From Ignavibacteria bacterium (GTDB lineage Bacteria; Bacteroidota; Ignavibacteria; Kapaibacteriales; UBA961), in the NCBI GenBank assembly GCA_016720145.1, contig JADJXV010000024.1, positions 130,726-194,725 on the forward strand: 64,000 nucleotides of DNA, in the 5' to 3' direction. Below, piece by piece: positions 10,177-19,790 of the stretch. The notes below the pieces were generated by a model that saw only the letters and a list, made by a program, of their open reading frames with translations, ran no database searches and had not been told where the DNA came from. A program made the position numbers and the translations under genes. The stretch's first letter is position 1. Every line of letters begins with the position of its first letter.

Positions 10177-10449
10177 GATAGATTAATTAATCTATACTTT
10201 GGCAGGTACTTCCACAAATAGCTCTTTTGAAATTTACATCAGATATGGTGATTATAAATTTAATAGTAACCTTAGTAGAAAAATGCAACTTATCGATATA
10301 ACCTTATTACTTTTGAAATAGTTTTCAAGGTTATTAAAACACGGTGATTTTTATAATAAGGTTGACTTTCAGAGGTGTTAATCGTGCTACTAAGGTTTTA
10401 GATGAAGCCTGTGCATTCTAAAAGGTAAGCGCCATTATTAATATAATTT

Positions 10450-10611
10450 ACAATTCAACAGTCACTGTCTGTTGAATTGTACCTTAAAGGATTTCAAGGA
10501 GTTGAAATTTTGCAGTCAGTGACCGCAAAATTGCTAAGTCCAGAAAATAGTGATTCTAAAAATACCGATATTTCACTATCACCAATTTTCCAGTCAGTGA
10601 CTGGAAAATCT
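10450..10611. repeat. Cluster of three related palindromes sharing a CAGTCA(G/C)TGAC core
   Basis: caattcaacagtcactgtctgttgaattg at 10450. attttgcagtcagtgaccgcaaaat at 10506. attttccagtcagtgactggaaaat at 10585, a perfect 25-bp inverted repeat. All lie in a convergent intergenic region. Confidence 0.7.
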
Positions 10612-10722
10612 CAAATGGATGTAAATAAGCTTATCTTTAGACTTGGTTTTTGGTCGGTGGGATTACAACGGTATAAATTTTCTAAGTAATATATTTCAAG
10701 TAGTTGCCTCGCACCTTTCCAT

Positions 10723-13281
10723 CTAAAACTTCACACTAATCCCAATGGTCGGCAAAATCGGCAGCATAGCCGTTTGGCGGGTCTCAATCTCGAGAGTTTG
10801 GCGATTGACACGGTAATTCTCGGCGAGGATGTTCTTGCGGTTATACACGTTAATTATATCCAAATAAAAGCTCCATTCCCAGCCGAACCATTGTGCATAC
10901 GTCGTGCCGCGAATATCGAGTCGGTGATAATCCGGCAGTCGCGTTTGATTGAGATTCTCATCACCACCGCGATCGATGATAAAGACCACGCCGCGCCAAT
11001 CTTCGTCGATTTTGGCAATGTTATTCCCGGTAAGTGTATCTTTTTGTTGTATAATACGCGGCTTGATACCAACGGGCTTCGTCCACGGGAAGCCGGTGCC
11101 GAAAGCCCACGTGAAATTCACATCGAGCCATGAGGCAGCTTTCCAACCACCGGTGATGCTGAGATTGTGCCGCCGGTCAAAATTAAATGGAATAGTGAAG
11201 CCATCGCGGTATCTATTAGCAAATCCAAACGAATATGACAGCCAGCCATAAAACGGACTATCACCGACTCCCTGTAATTTTTGGAGAAATACCTCTACAC
11301 CAAACGCATTTCCGGTAGCATTGTTGACAGGTGTCGCCGTTAATGAATCACCCTCGAACGCAATCGGCGATGTCCATCCTTCTCGCTTGGTGATGTCTTT
11401 GCCGTCGATCCGCTCGGTGCGGTAATTCGTGCCGCGGAGCTTCTGCTGGAGAATTAAATCATCAAAATCTTTATAGTATCCTTCTACTCTGATTTGCCAT
11501 TCCGGTGTCAGCATCCTTTCAATGCCGGCAATGTAATGCGTTGCTTTTTCAGCAAGTAAGGACTGAGTGGCAGATGTCGTCAAATCCAAAAACACCTGCC
11601 GGTCAAAGAGCTTTTCATAACCCGGAGATTGATAATAGAGTCCCCATGCACCACGAATTGTCGTCAAAGAATCAATCGCATAGCTCGCCGAAAAGCGTGG
11701 TGAAAGGTAGGTCTGCCCAATGATTTCAAAGCGGTCGAGACGCAGTCCCGGTGTGAGGGTGAGCTGCTTCGTAATCTTATAATTATCTTGAATGTATAGA
11801 CTACTCCGTGCATAATCTATCGACGTGCCAAAGGACTCCGGGAAAGCTGCGATACGGGGATTGGAAGCGCGAAGTGCTTTTAATCGAGGATCGAGAACTA
11901 TTTCAAAATCGACTCCGGTCGAGATGAAATCGATGGCTCCTCCAAGCTCGATATAATGTTCGGGTGATAATTTCCAACCAAGTTCGGATTTAAAAGATGT
12001 CTTTTCAAAATTAAAACTTTGACTGCCTTCGATGCTGTAGAGAGTCGGAACCTCAATGCCTGCATTCCGGAGCGAATCTTGAATTTTTTGTATGCTTTCA
12101 CGGGTTGAAGTATCACCAAATATTTGATTAGAGCCGCCTTCACCACCGAAATTACTCGAACCAATATTATTGTAATATGATATAGTTGAAGTAGTTATCA
12201 TTTTATCATTCGGTGACCAAAGCCAGGTAAAACCCACAACATCATTAAAAGACTTATCAAAAAGACTGATGCTGTCTGCTTGTGTACGATTGGTGCCTGA
12301 GGTGAGTTCAGTATTATCGCGACTAGAGATTCCATTGATGATAAAAGTATGATTTGTGAAGGGTTTGAAGACCAATTTTGCCTGTATATCTCGAAAATTC
12401 GGGAGTGCAATATCTCCATCGACAGCTCCTGATGCACGTGCAATCGGACCGGCAATCAAGTCATAATACGTACGACGAGTCGATACAATCCACGATGCAT
12501 CCCAGAATGGTAGTCCACCCTCGAGGACGAGATTCGCATTGGTAAGACTAATATTGGTCTTTCCGGCAAAGCTGCGTTCGGTAGTACCTTCACGATTGGT
12601 AATATCCAAAACAGCAGACAAACGATCTGAATATTTTGCGGGGAAGCCGCCGGTGAGGAGAGTGATACCACTGACTGTCTCAGGATTGAACATCGATACA
12701 AACCCATATAAACGATAAGGGTTAAATACTTCTATATTGTCCATGACAATTAAATTTTGATCCGGTCCGCTCCCTCTGATGACAAGCTGAGACGAAAAAT
12801 CATTCGGCGCGACGACACCCGGAAGCGTCTGTAATGATCGCAGAACATCTTCTGCGGCACCAGCTTTGAATTTAGCTTCTTTGGGTTCAATGGTGAGGAT
12901 ACTAGGACGAGTGTCAGTCTGCTCTTGTTTACGTCGGCTGGCTGTAATATCGACTTCTTTGAGTAAGACAGTTGATTGCTTGAGAGTGAAAGAAAATTCT
13001 TTTTTAGAGCCGGAAGAGAGGGTGATTGGTAGCTTCAATGCTTCATAACCGAGCAATCGAGCTTCAAGCTGATGCGAGCCATACGGTACATTGGTTAGGA
13101 TGAAATTGCCACCGGATTTTGATTGTGTACCACGATCTAATTCTTTGATAAATATAGATACGCCAACGAGTGGCTTGCCGGATTGGTCTTTGATGGTTCC
13201 ACGGATATCTGTAGAAGTCTGAGAGGAGAGAGGAAATGAAAACAAGAGAAATGAGATGAGAAGAGTTACATGAAAAATCAT
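10723..13281 (-). CDS. TonB-dependent outer-membrane receptor (SusC/RagA-like) with an N-terminal carboxypeptidase-regulatory-like domain
   Basis: Signal peptide. A CarbopepD_reg-like N-terminus (GTIKDQSGKPLVGVSIFI...). Plug and barrel regions. The C-terminus ends in F. Confidence 0.85.
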   Translation of the reverse strand: MIFHVTLLISFLLFSFPLSSQTSTDIRGTIKDQSGKPLVGVSIFIKELDRGTQSKSGGNFILTNVPYGSHQLEARLLGYEALKLPITLSSGSKKEFSFTLKQSTVLLKEVDITASRRKQEQTDTRPSILTIEPKEAKFKAGAAEDVLRSLQTLPGVVAPNDFSSQLVIRGSGPDQNLIVMDNIEVFNPYRLYGFVSMFNPETVSGITLLTGGFPAKYSDRLSAVLDITNREGTTERSFAGKTNISLTNANLVLEGGLPFWDASWIVSTRRTYYDLIAGPIARASGAVDGDIALPNFRDIQAKLVFKPFTNHTFIINGISSRDNTELTSGTNRTQADSISLFDKSFNDVVGFTWLWSPNDKMITTSTISYYNNIGSSNFGGEGGSNQIFGDTSTRESIQKIQDSLRNAGIEVPTLYSIEGSQSFNFEKTSFKSELGWKLSPEHYIELGGAIDFISTGVDFEIVLDPRLKALRASNPRIAAFPESFGTSIDYARSSLYIQDNYKITKQLTLTPGLRLDRFEIIGQTYLSPRFSASYAIDSLTTIRGAWGLYYQSPGYEKLFDRQVFLDLTTSATQSLLAEKATHYIAGIERMLTPEWQIRVEGYYKDFDDLILQQKLRGTNYRTERIDGKDITKREGWTSPIAFEGDSLTATPVNNATGNAFGVEVFLQKLQGVGDSPFYGWLSYSFGFANRYRDGFTIPFNFDRRHNLSITGGWKAASWLDVNFTWAFGTGFPWTKPVGIKPRIIQQKDTLTGNNIAKIDEDWRGVVFIIDRGGDENLNQTRLPDYHRLDIRGTTYAQWFGWEWSFYLDIINVYNRKNILAENYRVNRQTLEIETRQTAMLPILPTIGISVKF

Positions 13282-13363
13282 AAGTACCGATCAATAGTCT
13301 GAGGGGAAATGCCAATTTTTGTCGGGCTATTGACGCGAAAATTGCAGAAGTGTTTTGAATAAA

Positions 13364-13861
13364 TTATCCTGCTTTTGGCACTTCCATCGGTCGCTCGCGA
13401 TGAAGCATCACCCAATCTCCGTTTTCTATCAATGCCTCTTTGCCGAGCTCAAGCGTAAGTGATTGTGTAGCTTCCAAATCACCGCTTTTTAGTTTTTGTG
13501 CATAATATTTTTTAGCATTGGCGAATAATGTTCCCATGCGTGTGTATTGGCGAGATTGCTCACTAAAAAGACGTTTTTCTCCATAACCATGAAGTAGTGC
13601 TCCGAATACTTGAACTACACCAATCAACAAGGTCAAATGAGAGAGTGGATTATGGGCAAGTAAAAAATCAAACGATGTCTCAATAGTAGCTAAAGCAAGT
13701 CCGGCAAAAAAAGAAAAAATTACCCCACAGTTTAAGTATTTTGAGTTTGTTGCTATCACGATGTGCGGACTTAATAAAATATGTACATTGGTCATCAATC
13801 CAATGTTTACCAATGAGTTGCATGCGTGTTGCAAGGGAGTCCTTATTCTGAAAGTCTCCAT
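13364..13861 (-). CDS. 2-TM hairpin ORF, probably the out-of-frame continuation of the upstream gene
   Basis: Two hydrophobic helices: IFSFFAGLALATIETSFDFLL and LTLLIGVVQVFGALLHGY. It overlaps the end of the 491-aa ORF by ~180 nt in another frame. Confidence 0.4.
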   Translation of the reverse strand: METFRIRTPLQHACNSLVNIGLMTNVHILLSPHIVIATNSKYLNCGVIFSFFAGLALATIETSFDFLLAHNPLSHLTLLIGVVQVFGALLHGYGEKRLFSEQSRQYTRMGTLFANAKKYYAQKLKSGDLEATQSLTLELGKEALIENGDWVMLHRERPMEVPKAG

Positions 13862-15155
13862 GTGAATATTCTCCGAGCGGAATACTCCACGTTATAACTG
13901 CATCTCGTATCCAATCAAGATCACCCTTTTGCTTGCGCATGTAATGTTCGGCAATGTTGTGATTGATCCCCGCAATCTGCCAGAATAATTGTATCCTCAT
14001 ACCTTCAGCAAGAGCTCTGTAATCTAAATATTTTATTTCAAATTCACCACGATGTGCCCACAAATAACCTGTGTATGCGGCTGATAAACCAATGATATAG
14101 GTAAGAAGAATCCAAGGATTACCTGTAAGAATGTAGCTCCCCACCTGAGCCGAAACAACGATAAATACTAAGACAAACAGCCACATTTGGATAGTAAGTG
14201 TTCGCTTTTGATACAGACCTGCAAGCACATCAGCAGTGGCATATCGGTCGAGATTCATGGAAAGCGATTCGGGCATCGAATCCATGATTTCAGGAGGTAA
14301 TACATACGACTTACTTTTCGGTTTTTCAGCTGATAATGTCGTAGAATGGAGGGCGCAATCTGCGTTAAACCCATCAATTCTTCTAAAGATACGTTGAAAT
14401 TCAGCTTCATTTTGATTATCTGTCTCAGGATAAATCCACGTGGTCGTCAAGCTGTAAATGGGGATCGTCAATGTGCTATTTCGAGGAGTGAGAATGTGAT
14501 ACACCGGTCCGGACTCAACGATATCAAGTGGACTCTGATGCGCATACGCTGAGGGAATTCCATGAATCTTAAATTCCACCACTTGAGCTGTACTGCCAAC
14601 AAGCTTCGAAGGTACACCATCCCAAAGTGCTACTAAAATCTGACAATGCCGTGCGACATAAGCGCCGACAAGAGCATACTGCTCATCTCGGTGTGAACCG
14701 TACTGTTCGACATCACTTTCGAATGTTCCGGCCATAAGTGGCAATTCAAAAACATGCTTAGCTCGCTTAAGAAGAGCGCGAAATTCTCCCAAAGACTCCC
14801 AGCTTTCAAAATCACGTTCGTATAATCTGACCGGCATAGGCAGTGGAACAATAAGTTCAATCCCTGATTCTAACGCAACTTGCGCCGTAATGCGATCTGC
14901 ACCTTCAGCCAGTGGCGAAATAAGCATCAAAGGTGTATGCGAATATTCTTCCTGCATATCGGAAAAGAACTCATGAAGTAAGCGTCTGAGAACGCCTTCA
15001 TCCTCCGCACGCAAATTGCGATGTCCTGTAATACCAATCACTAACGGTAATTGTGTCGTATCTGATTTCATTGTTGCTTTCAATTGTTTTGGTTCACGTT
15101 CCGCAAATTCCAAGCCGTATTTTGCGGACACCCATTGCCGTCCAAACAGATACAA
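13680..15155 (-). CDS. Rossmann-like (SLOG/DprA-LOG-like) domain protein fused to a 2-TM (SLATT-like) module, possibly frameshifted
   Basis: N-terminus VIGITGHRNL...LISPLAEGADRITAQVALESGIELIVPLP. Central 2-TM segment LTIQMWLFVLVFIVVSAQVGSYILTGNPWILLTYIIGLSAAYTGYLWA. The ORF ends inside a tttttt c ttttttt run. Confidence 0.5.
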   Translation of the reverse strand: MYLFGRQWVSAKYGLEFAEREPKQLKATMKSDTTQLPLVIGITGHRNLRAEDEGVLRRLLHEFFSDMQEEYSHTPLMLISPLAEGADRITAQVALESGIELIVPLPMPVRLYERDFESWESLGEFRALLKRAKHVFELPLMAGTFESDVEQYGSHRDEQYALVGAYVARHCQILVALWDGVPSKLVGSTAQVVEFKIHGIPSAYAHQSPLDIVESGPVYHILTPRNSTLTIPIYSLTTTWIYPETDNQNEAEFQRIFRRIDGFNADCALHSTTLSAEKPKSKSYVLPPEIMDSMPESLSMNLDRYATADVLAGLYQKRTLTIQMWLFVLVFIVVSAQVGSYILTGNPWILLTYIIGLSAAYTGYLWAHRGEFEIKYLDYRALAEGMRIQLFWQIAGINHNIAEHYMRKQKGDLDWIRDAVITWSIPLGEYSHGDFQNKDSLATRMQLIGKHWIDDQCTYFIKSAHRDSNKLKILKLWGNFFFFCRTCFSYY

Positions 15156-15527
15156 GAGAGCAATTCTCTACTATATCAATTTCCCAAACATAGCCCAAGG
15201 TTTTTAGGTGGCTTCAATAAAGATGATGAGTATATATAACTCAAACATTACCAATGGTATTAACCATGAGATCGAGATGCAATTCGTTTATCGTCAACTC
15301 ATTCCAACCTCTAAGCCCAACTTTCGATACTGTAATTTCTTAGGTACGAACGACATTGCAATTTATGTAATTCACTTCGTATACAATCAAATCAAAAAAA
15401 GGTCAATTACCTACCATATCATAATTTCTACATCACGCCACTTTCTGACCCTCCGTTTGTCTGTGAATTTCCCTATTTTCGCAGTAATTGATACAATTAT
15501 TGTTTGTTTTATTTTCAAGAAATTACT

Positions 15528-16787
15528 ATGCTCGACCTGAAATTTATACGTGAGAATCCGGACGCTGTCCGCGCTAATACTACTAATAAAAATGAATCCG
15601 GAAATATTGATGCAGTCATCGAACTCGACCTACGTCGCCGTGCAATTATTCAGGATGTCGATGTGCTGAAAAACAAACGGAATGTCGTCTCAAACGAAAT
15701 CGCCGAGATGAAACGCGCCAAAGAAGACGCCACCGCCGCGATCGAAGAAATGCGCGTAGTATCCGATACGATAAAAGGTTACGACGATCAGCTCCGCGCT
15801 GTCGAAGAAGAAATGGACGGCCACATCATGCGCATTCCCAATATGGTGCATGCGAGCGTACCGATTGGCAAGACAGCCGCCGACAATATCGAAGTGCGCC
15901 GCACAGGCGAATGTATCGATACAGGATTCCGGAAGAATCATGTGGAAATCGGTAAAGCGCTCGGTATCCTCGACTTCGAACGTGGCGCGAAGGTAAGTGG
16001 AAGTGGATTCGGGTTTTACGTCGGCAAAGGCGCTACACTCGAACGCGCCCTCATTAATTTTATGCTCGACTTCCACCTCGAAAAACACGGCTATAATGAG
16101 ATTTTCCCACCGTTCTTGGTGAATGCCGCCTCCATGCGCGGCACCGGTCAGCTCCCGAAAATGGCGGAAGATATGTACCACGCACAACTCGATGATTTAT
16201 ATGCAATTCCGACGGCAGAAGTTCCGATTACGAACTTCCACCGCGACGATACTCTCTCCATCGATGAATTACCCAAAAAATTCTGCGGATACTCGGCATG
16301 TTTCCGCCGCGAGGCGGGCAGTTATGGCAAGGACACCCGTGGATTTTTGCGCGTGCATCAGTTCAACAAAGTCGAACTCGTGAAATTCGCGCATCCTGCT
16401 ACTTCGTATGATGAATTAGAACTTTTAGTTACGGATGTTGAAGACATTTTAAATGCGCTCGAAATTCCGTATCGTGTGCTTTTGTTGTGTTCGGGTGATA
16501 CGAGCTTCTCAAGCGCAAAGACCTACGACCTCGAGGCATGGTCACCATGCGAACAAAAATGGCTCGAAGTGTCAAGCTGTTCAAATTTCGAGAATTACCA
16601 AGCCCGCCGTGCGAATATTAAATACCGCGAAGCAAGTGGCAAGCCCGATTTTGTGCATACATTAAATGGCAGCGGACTCGCGACCTCACGCCTGATGGTA
16701 GCGATTCTCGAACATTATCAGACTGAGGACGGGCATATCCGTGTGCCGGAAGCGTTGAAACCATATTGCCGATTTGAAATGATATAG
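15528..16787 (+). CDS. serS: Seryl-tRNA synthetase
   Basis: MLDLKFIRENPD... coiled-coil N-arm and class II catalytic core (FRRE, GSGLA). Confidence 0.95.
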   Translation: MLDLKFIRENPDAVRANTTNKNESGNIDAVIELDLRRRAIIQDVDVLKNKRNVVSNEIAEMKRAKEDATAAIEEMRVVSDTIKGYDDQLRAVEEEMDGHIMRIPNMVHASVPIGKTAADNIEVRRTGECIDTGFRKNHVEIGKALGILDFERGAKVSGSGFGFYVGKGATLERALINFMLDFHLEKHGYNEIFPPFLVNAASMRGTGQLPKMAEDMYHAQLDDLYAIPTAEVPITNFHRDDTLSIDELPKKFCGYSACFRREAGSYGKDTRGFLRVHQFNKVELVKFAHPATSYDELELLVTDVEDILNALEIPYRVLLLCSGDTSFSSAKTYDLEAWSPCEQKWLEVSSCSNFENYQARRANIKYREASGKPDFVHTLNGSGLATSRLMVAILEHYQTEDGHIRVPEALKPYCRFEMI

Positions 16788-16794
16788 AAAAGCT

Positions 16795-17373
16795 ATGGAC
16801 TCTACCCTACTATTTGGCGACTATTCCTACCGTTTGCTTACATGGGAGGAACTGCGTCCGATGTTTGAACTGCATCGTTCGCAAGTATTTGACAGTATTC
16901 TCTTTGATGTAGAGGGTGCACTTTCGGACGCTGAGAAGGAAGCCAAAAAGCGACTCGCTCAAAATATGGGGAATCCTTACCGGCTAAGCATTGCACTCTA
17001 CTGCAAGGAGGAATTTATCGGCTGGCATTTCGGTTGGCAGGATACGAGTGATAAATTTTATATGTGTAATACCGCGATTTTCCCCGAACACCGGAATCGC
17101 GGTGTTTATTCTGCGCTTCTGCCGCATATATTATCCATTCTTCAAGCTGAAGGATTCCAATTAGTTGCGAGTCGCCACCATGCGACTAACAATGCCGTCA
17201 TTGTGCCCAAGCTCAAGGCGGGCTTCACCATCTCCGCGTTTGAAATTTCCGACCGTCATGGCATCTTAGTGCATCTCTATTATTATTTCAATCCTCTCCG
17301 CCGCAAAGCGATGCAACTCCGCACAGGTGAAATACGCCCGGATGATGAAATGCGCACGCTGCTTGCGCTGTAG
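16795..17373 (+). CDS. GNAT-family N-acetyltransferase
   Basis: CoA-binding motif region FPEHRNRGVYSALL..., 192 aa. Confidence 0.65.
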   Translation: MDSTLLFGDYSYRLLTWEELRPMFELHRSQVFDSILFDVEGALSDAEKEAKKRLAQNMGNPYRLSIALYCKEEFIGWHFGWQDTSDKFYMCNTAIFPEHRNRGVYSALLPHILSILQAEGFQLVASRHHATNNAVIVPKLKAGFTISAFEISDRHGILVHLYYYFNPLRRKAMQLRTGEIRPDDEMRTLLAL

Positions 17374-17398
17374 GTGGGAACAGTCAGTATTTGCTATT

Positions 17399-17463
17399 GC
17401 GTAGGGGCGAATTGCATTCGCCCTTGGGTCTGCGTAGGGGCGAATTGCATTCGCCCTCTACGG
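17399..17463. repeat. Two tandem copies of a REP-like palindromic element (GTAGGGGCGAATTGCATTCGCCC)
   Basis: The hairpin GGGCGAAT-tgc-ATTCGCCC occurs twice. The same element appears at 21825, 29342 and 54932. Confidence 0.85.
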
Positions 17464-17525
17464 TTGGCTTCCAACAAGCCGGAAATTTACGCCTCATACT
17501 TCCATATCCATCTCATAAATAAGCT

Positions 17526-18518
17526 ATGTCCACACGTCGCACTTTTATTAAACAATCGGCTCTCGCGACAACGATTGCCGCCGCTGGAGGAATATCTATG
17601 TCAGAAAATCTTACTGCTATGCCTGAAAATATAATTGCAAAACCTACCAAACCGGTCGTTATTTCCACCTGGAATTTCGGCGTGCAGGCAAATAGTGCTG
17701 CGTGGGAAATTCTTTCGAAAAACGGTACTGCGCTCGATGCGGTGGAGGCAGGCGTGAAAGTGACCGAAGCCGACCCCGCGATTCAAAGCGTGGGATATGG
17801 CGGATTCCCCGATCGCGACGGCCGCGTAACGCTCGATGCCTGCGTGATGGACGAGAAGGGAAATTGCGGCGCGGTGGTGTTTTTGGAGCACATCATGCAC
17901 CCGGTATCGGTCGCGCGCGCGGTGATGGAAAAGACACCGCATGTGATACTCGCCGGCGAGGGAGCACTCCAATTTGCTCTCGCTAACGGGTTCCAAAAAG
18001 AGAACTTACTCACGGCCGAGTCGAAAGTTGCGTGGGAGAAGTGGTGCAAGGAACATCAGTATTCGCCCATGAAAATTGACCGGGACAATCATGATACGAT
18101 CGGTATGCTCGCTCTCGATGCGCATGGGAATGTATCGGGCGCGTGCACCACAAGCGGACTCGCGTGGAAGATGCATGGCCGTGTGGGCGACTCGCCGATA
18201 ATCGGCGCAGGACTCTATGTCGATAACGAAGTAGGCGCAGCCACAGCGACCGGCAAAGGCGAAGCAGTGATCAAAATGTGCGGGAGTTTTTTGATTGTAG
18301 AATTAATGCGGAATGGCAAAACGCCCGCCCAAGCATGTAAAATTGCCGTCGAACGCCTCGCCAAACAGCAGCCGGACCACAAAGATTTCCAGGTCGGTTT
18401 CCTCGCCATCAACAAGCGCGGCGAGACCGGCGGATATGCGATAGCGAAGGGTTTTCAGTATGCAGTGCACAATGGCGAAAACGTGCTGATAGATGCGGAG
18501 TATTTGGTGAAGGAGTGA
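17526..18518 (+). CDS. Periplasmic Ntn-hydrolase of the asparaginase-2 / glycosylasparaginase family (Tat-exported)
   Basis: Twin-arginine signal MSTRRTFIKQSALATTIAAAGG. HDTIGMLALD autoprocessing Thr. GAGLYVD. Confidence 0.85.
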   Translation: MSTRRTFIKQSALATTIAAAGGISMSENLTAMPENIIAKPTKPVVISTWNFGVQANSAAWEILSKNGTALDAVEAGVKVTEADPAIQSVGYGGFPDRDGRVTLDACVMDEKGNCGAVVFLEHIMHPVSVARAVMEKTPHVILAGEGALQFALANGFQKENLLTAESKVAWEKWCKEHQYSPMKIDRDNHDTIGMLALDAHGNVSGACTTSGLAWKMHGRVGDSPIIGAGLYVDNEVGAATATGKGEAVIKMCGSFLIVELMRNGKTPAQACKIAVERLAKQQPDHKDFQVGFLAINKRGETGGYAIAKGFQYAVHNGENVLIDAEYLVKE

Positions 18519-18524
18519 TGAGGG

Positions 18525-18574
18525 GAATCGTCGTTGACTAGACTCCAGCTTCAGCTGGAGGGAAAACGGTAAAT
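18525..18574. repeat. Left copy of a 50-bp direct repeat flanking the mrr cassette
   Basis: gaatcgtcgttgactagactccagcttcagctggagggaaaacggtaaat, with an internal hairpin ctccagc-ttca-gctggag. Confidence 0.85.
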
Positions 18575-18715
18575 CCATTACAATATGGCTTTAGCCAAAT
18601 TGCAGTTTGTAGGTATGGCTACATGCAGAAAAATTTATCTGAAGTCTTGTGCATTGTACTGCACGCAGTAATTTTGAAAAAATACCAATTCTCATTTTTT
18701 TAATACAGTATCTAT

Positions 18716-19615
18716 ATGGCAAAAGCAAAAGTAAGGCAAGCCGAATTTACCAAATGGATGGGACCTTTGCTCGATGCACTACGAGATTTGGGTGGCTCGG
18801 GCAAACCGAAAGAAGCAACTGAAAAAGTTGCTAAAAATCTTAATATACCCGATAATCTTTTAGAAGAAGTCATGAAATCGGGTACTCTTCGGTTTGCCAA
18901 TCAAGTAGCATGGGCACGGCAATATCTTATTTGGGAAGGTTATTTAGAAGATAATACGCGTGGAATATGGACATTGTCCGAAAAGGGTAGGACAACAACA
19001 CTTAACGATGAACAAGCAAGACAACTTTTTTTAAAATGGGTTGATATTCATCAAAAAGCCAGAAAAGACAAAACAAAAACAGAAATTATAGTCGATCAAG
19101 AAGAAGAAATTCCAGAAAATATCGAACATACATTTACACCGGGGCTTTTAGAAGTATTACAAAGCGTCACACCAAAAGGTTTTGAGAATATTTGTAAAAG
19201 ATTATTGAGAGAACATGGATTTGAAAATGTAGAAGTAACGGGTGGCTCACATGACGGAGGAATAGATGGCTATGGAACATTAGAACTAAACCCTTTTGTC
19301 ACCATAAAAGTACTTTTTCAATGCAAACGCTATAAAGGAACGGTTTCGAGAGCTCAGGTTGGCGACTTTCGGAATGCAATGTTAGGAAGAGCTGAAAAAG
19401 GTATCATTCTAACAACCGGAACTTTTTCAGAAGACGCAAAAAGGGAAGCGACAAGAGACGGAGCACCACCTATTGAACTTATTGACGGTCAAAAATTAGT
19501 ACACCTATTCGAAGAAAAGCAGTTAGGTGTTAAGCCCAAAATTATTTATGATGTCGACTTAAAATTCTTCGAGCCATATATGGAAACCAAAAATGGTAAG
19601 ACTGAAGAAATGTAG
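18716..19615 (+). CDS. mrr: Mrr-type restriction endonuclease (Mrr_N winged helix plus PD-(D/E)xK Mrr_cat)
   Basis: GGSHDGGIDGYG ... FQCKRYKG catalytic motifs. N-terminal winged-helix region. The gene is noticeably AT-richer than its flanks. Confidence 0.8.
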   Translation: MAKAKVRQAEFTKWMGPLLDALRDLGGSGKPKEATEKVAKNLNIPDNLLEEVMKSGTLRFANQVAWARQYLIWEGYLEDNTRGIWTLSEKGRTTTLNDEQARQLFLKWVDIHQKARKDKTKTEIIVDQEEEIPENIEHTFTPGLLEVLQSVTPKGFENICKRLLREHGFENVEVTGGSHDGGIDGYGTLELNPFVTIKVLFQCKRYKGTVSRAQVGDFRNAMLGRAEKGIILTTGTFSEDAKREATRDGAPPIELIDGQKLVHLFEEKQLGVKPKIIYDVDLKFFEPYMETKNGKTEEM

Positions 19616-19790
19616 TTAGTTAACTTAGATTATTCGTATATCTACTAATTCTATAACCAAGAATTCAAGTACTATCCGACAATATGCACGTTGAATATTT
19701 AGAGTTTTAGGTCTTAGAATGGAGTTTGGCTGATTGACCACGTATTGTCGATTTTTTGGAAGTATTGGATGTGGGAGAATATTAAGAACA

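Noticed and set aside
10477-10689. 70-aa ORF in the convergent intergenic region
   Set aside because: It spans the three palindromes. It has no ribosome-binding site and atypical composition.
15208-15540. 110-aa AT-rich ORF upstream of serS
   Set aside because: It lies in the divergent promoter region and overlaps the serS start. It has low-complexity Ile/Asn-rich composition.
17374-17634. 86-aa ORF covering the REP elements (VGANCIRP twice)
   Set aside because: It is composed of translated palindromic repeats and overlaps the asparaginase signal peptide in another frame.
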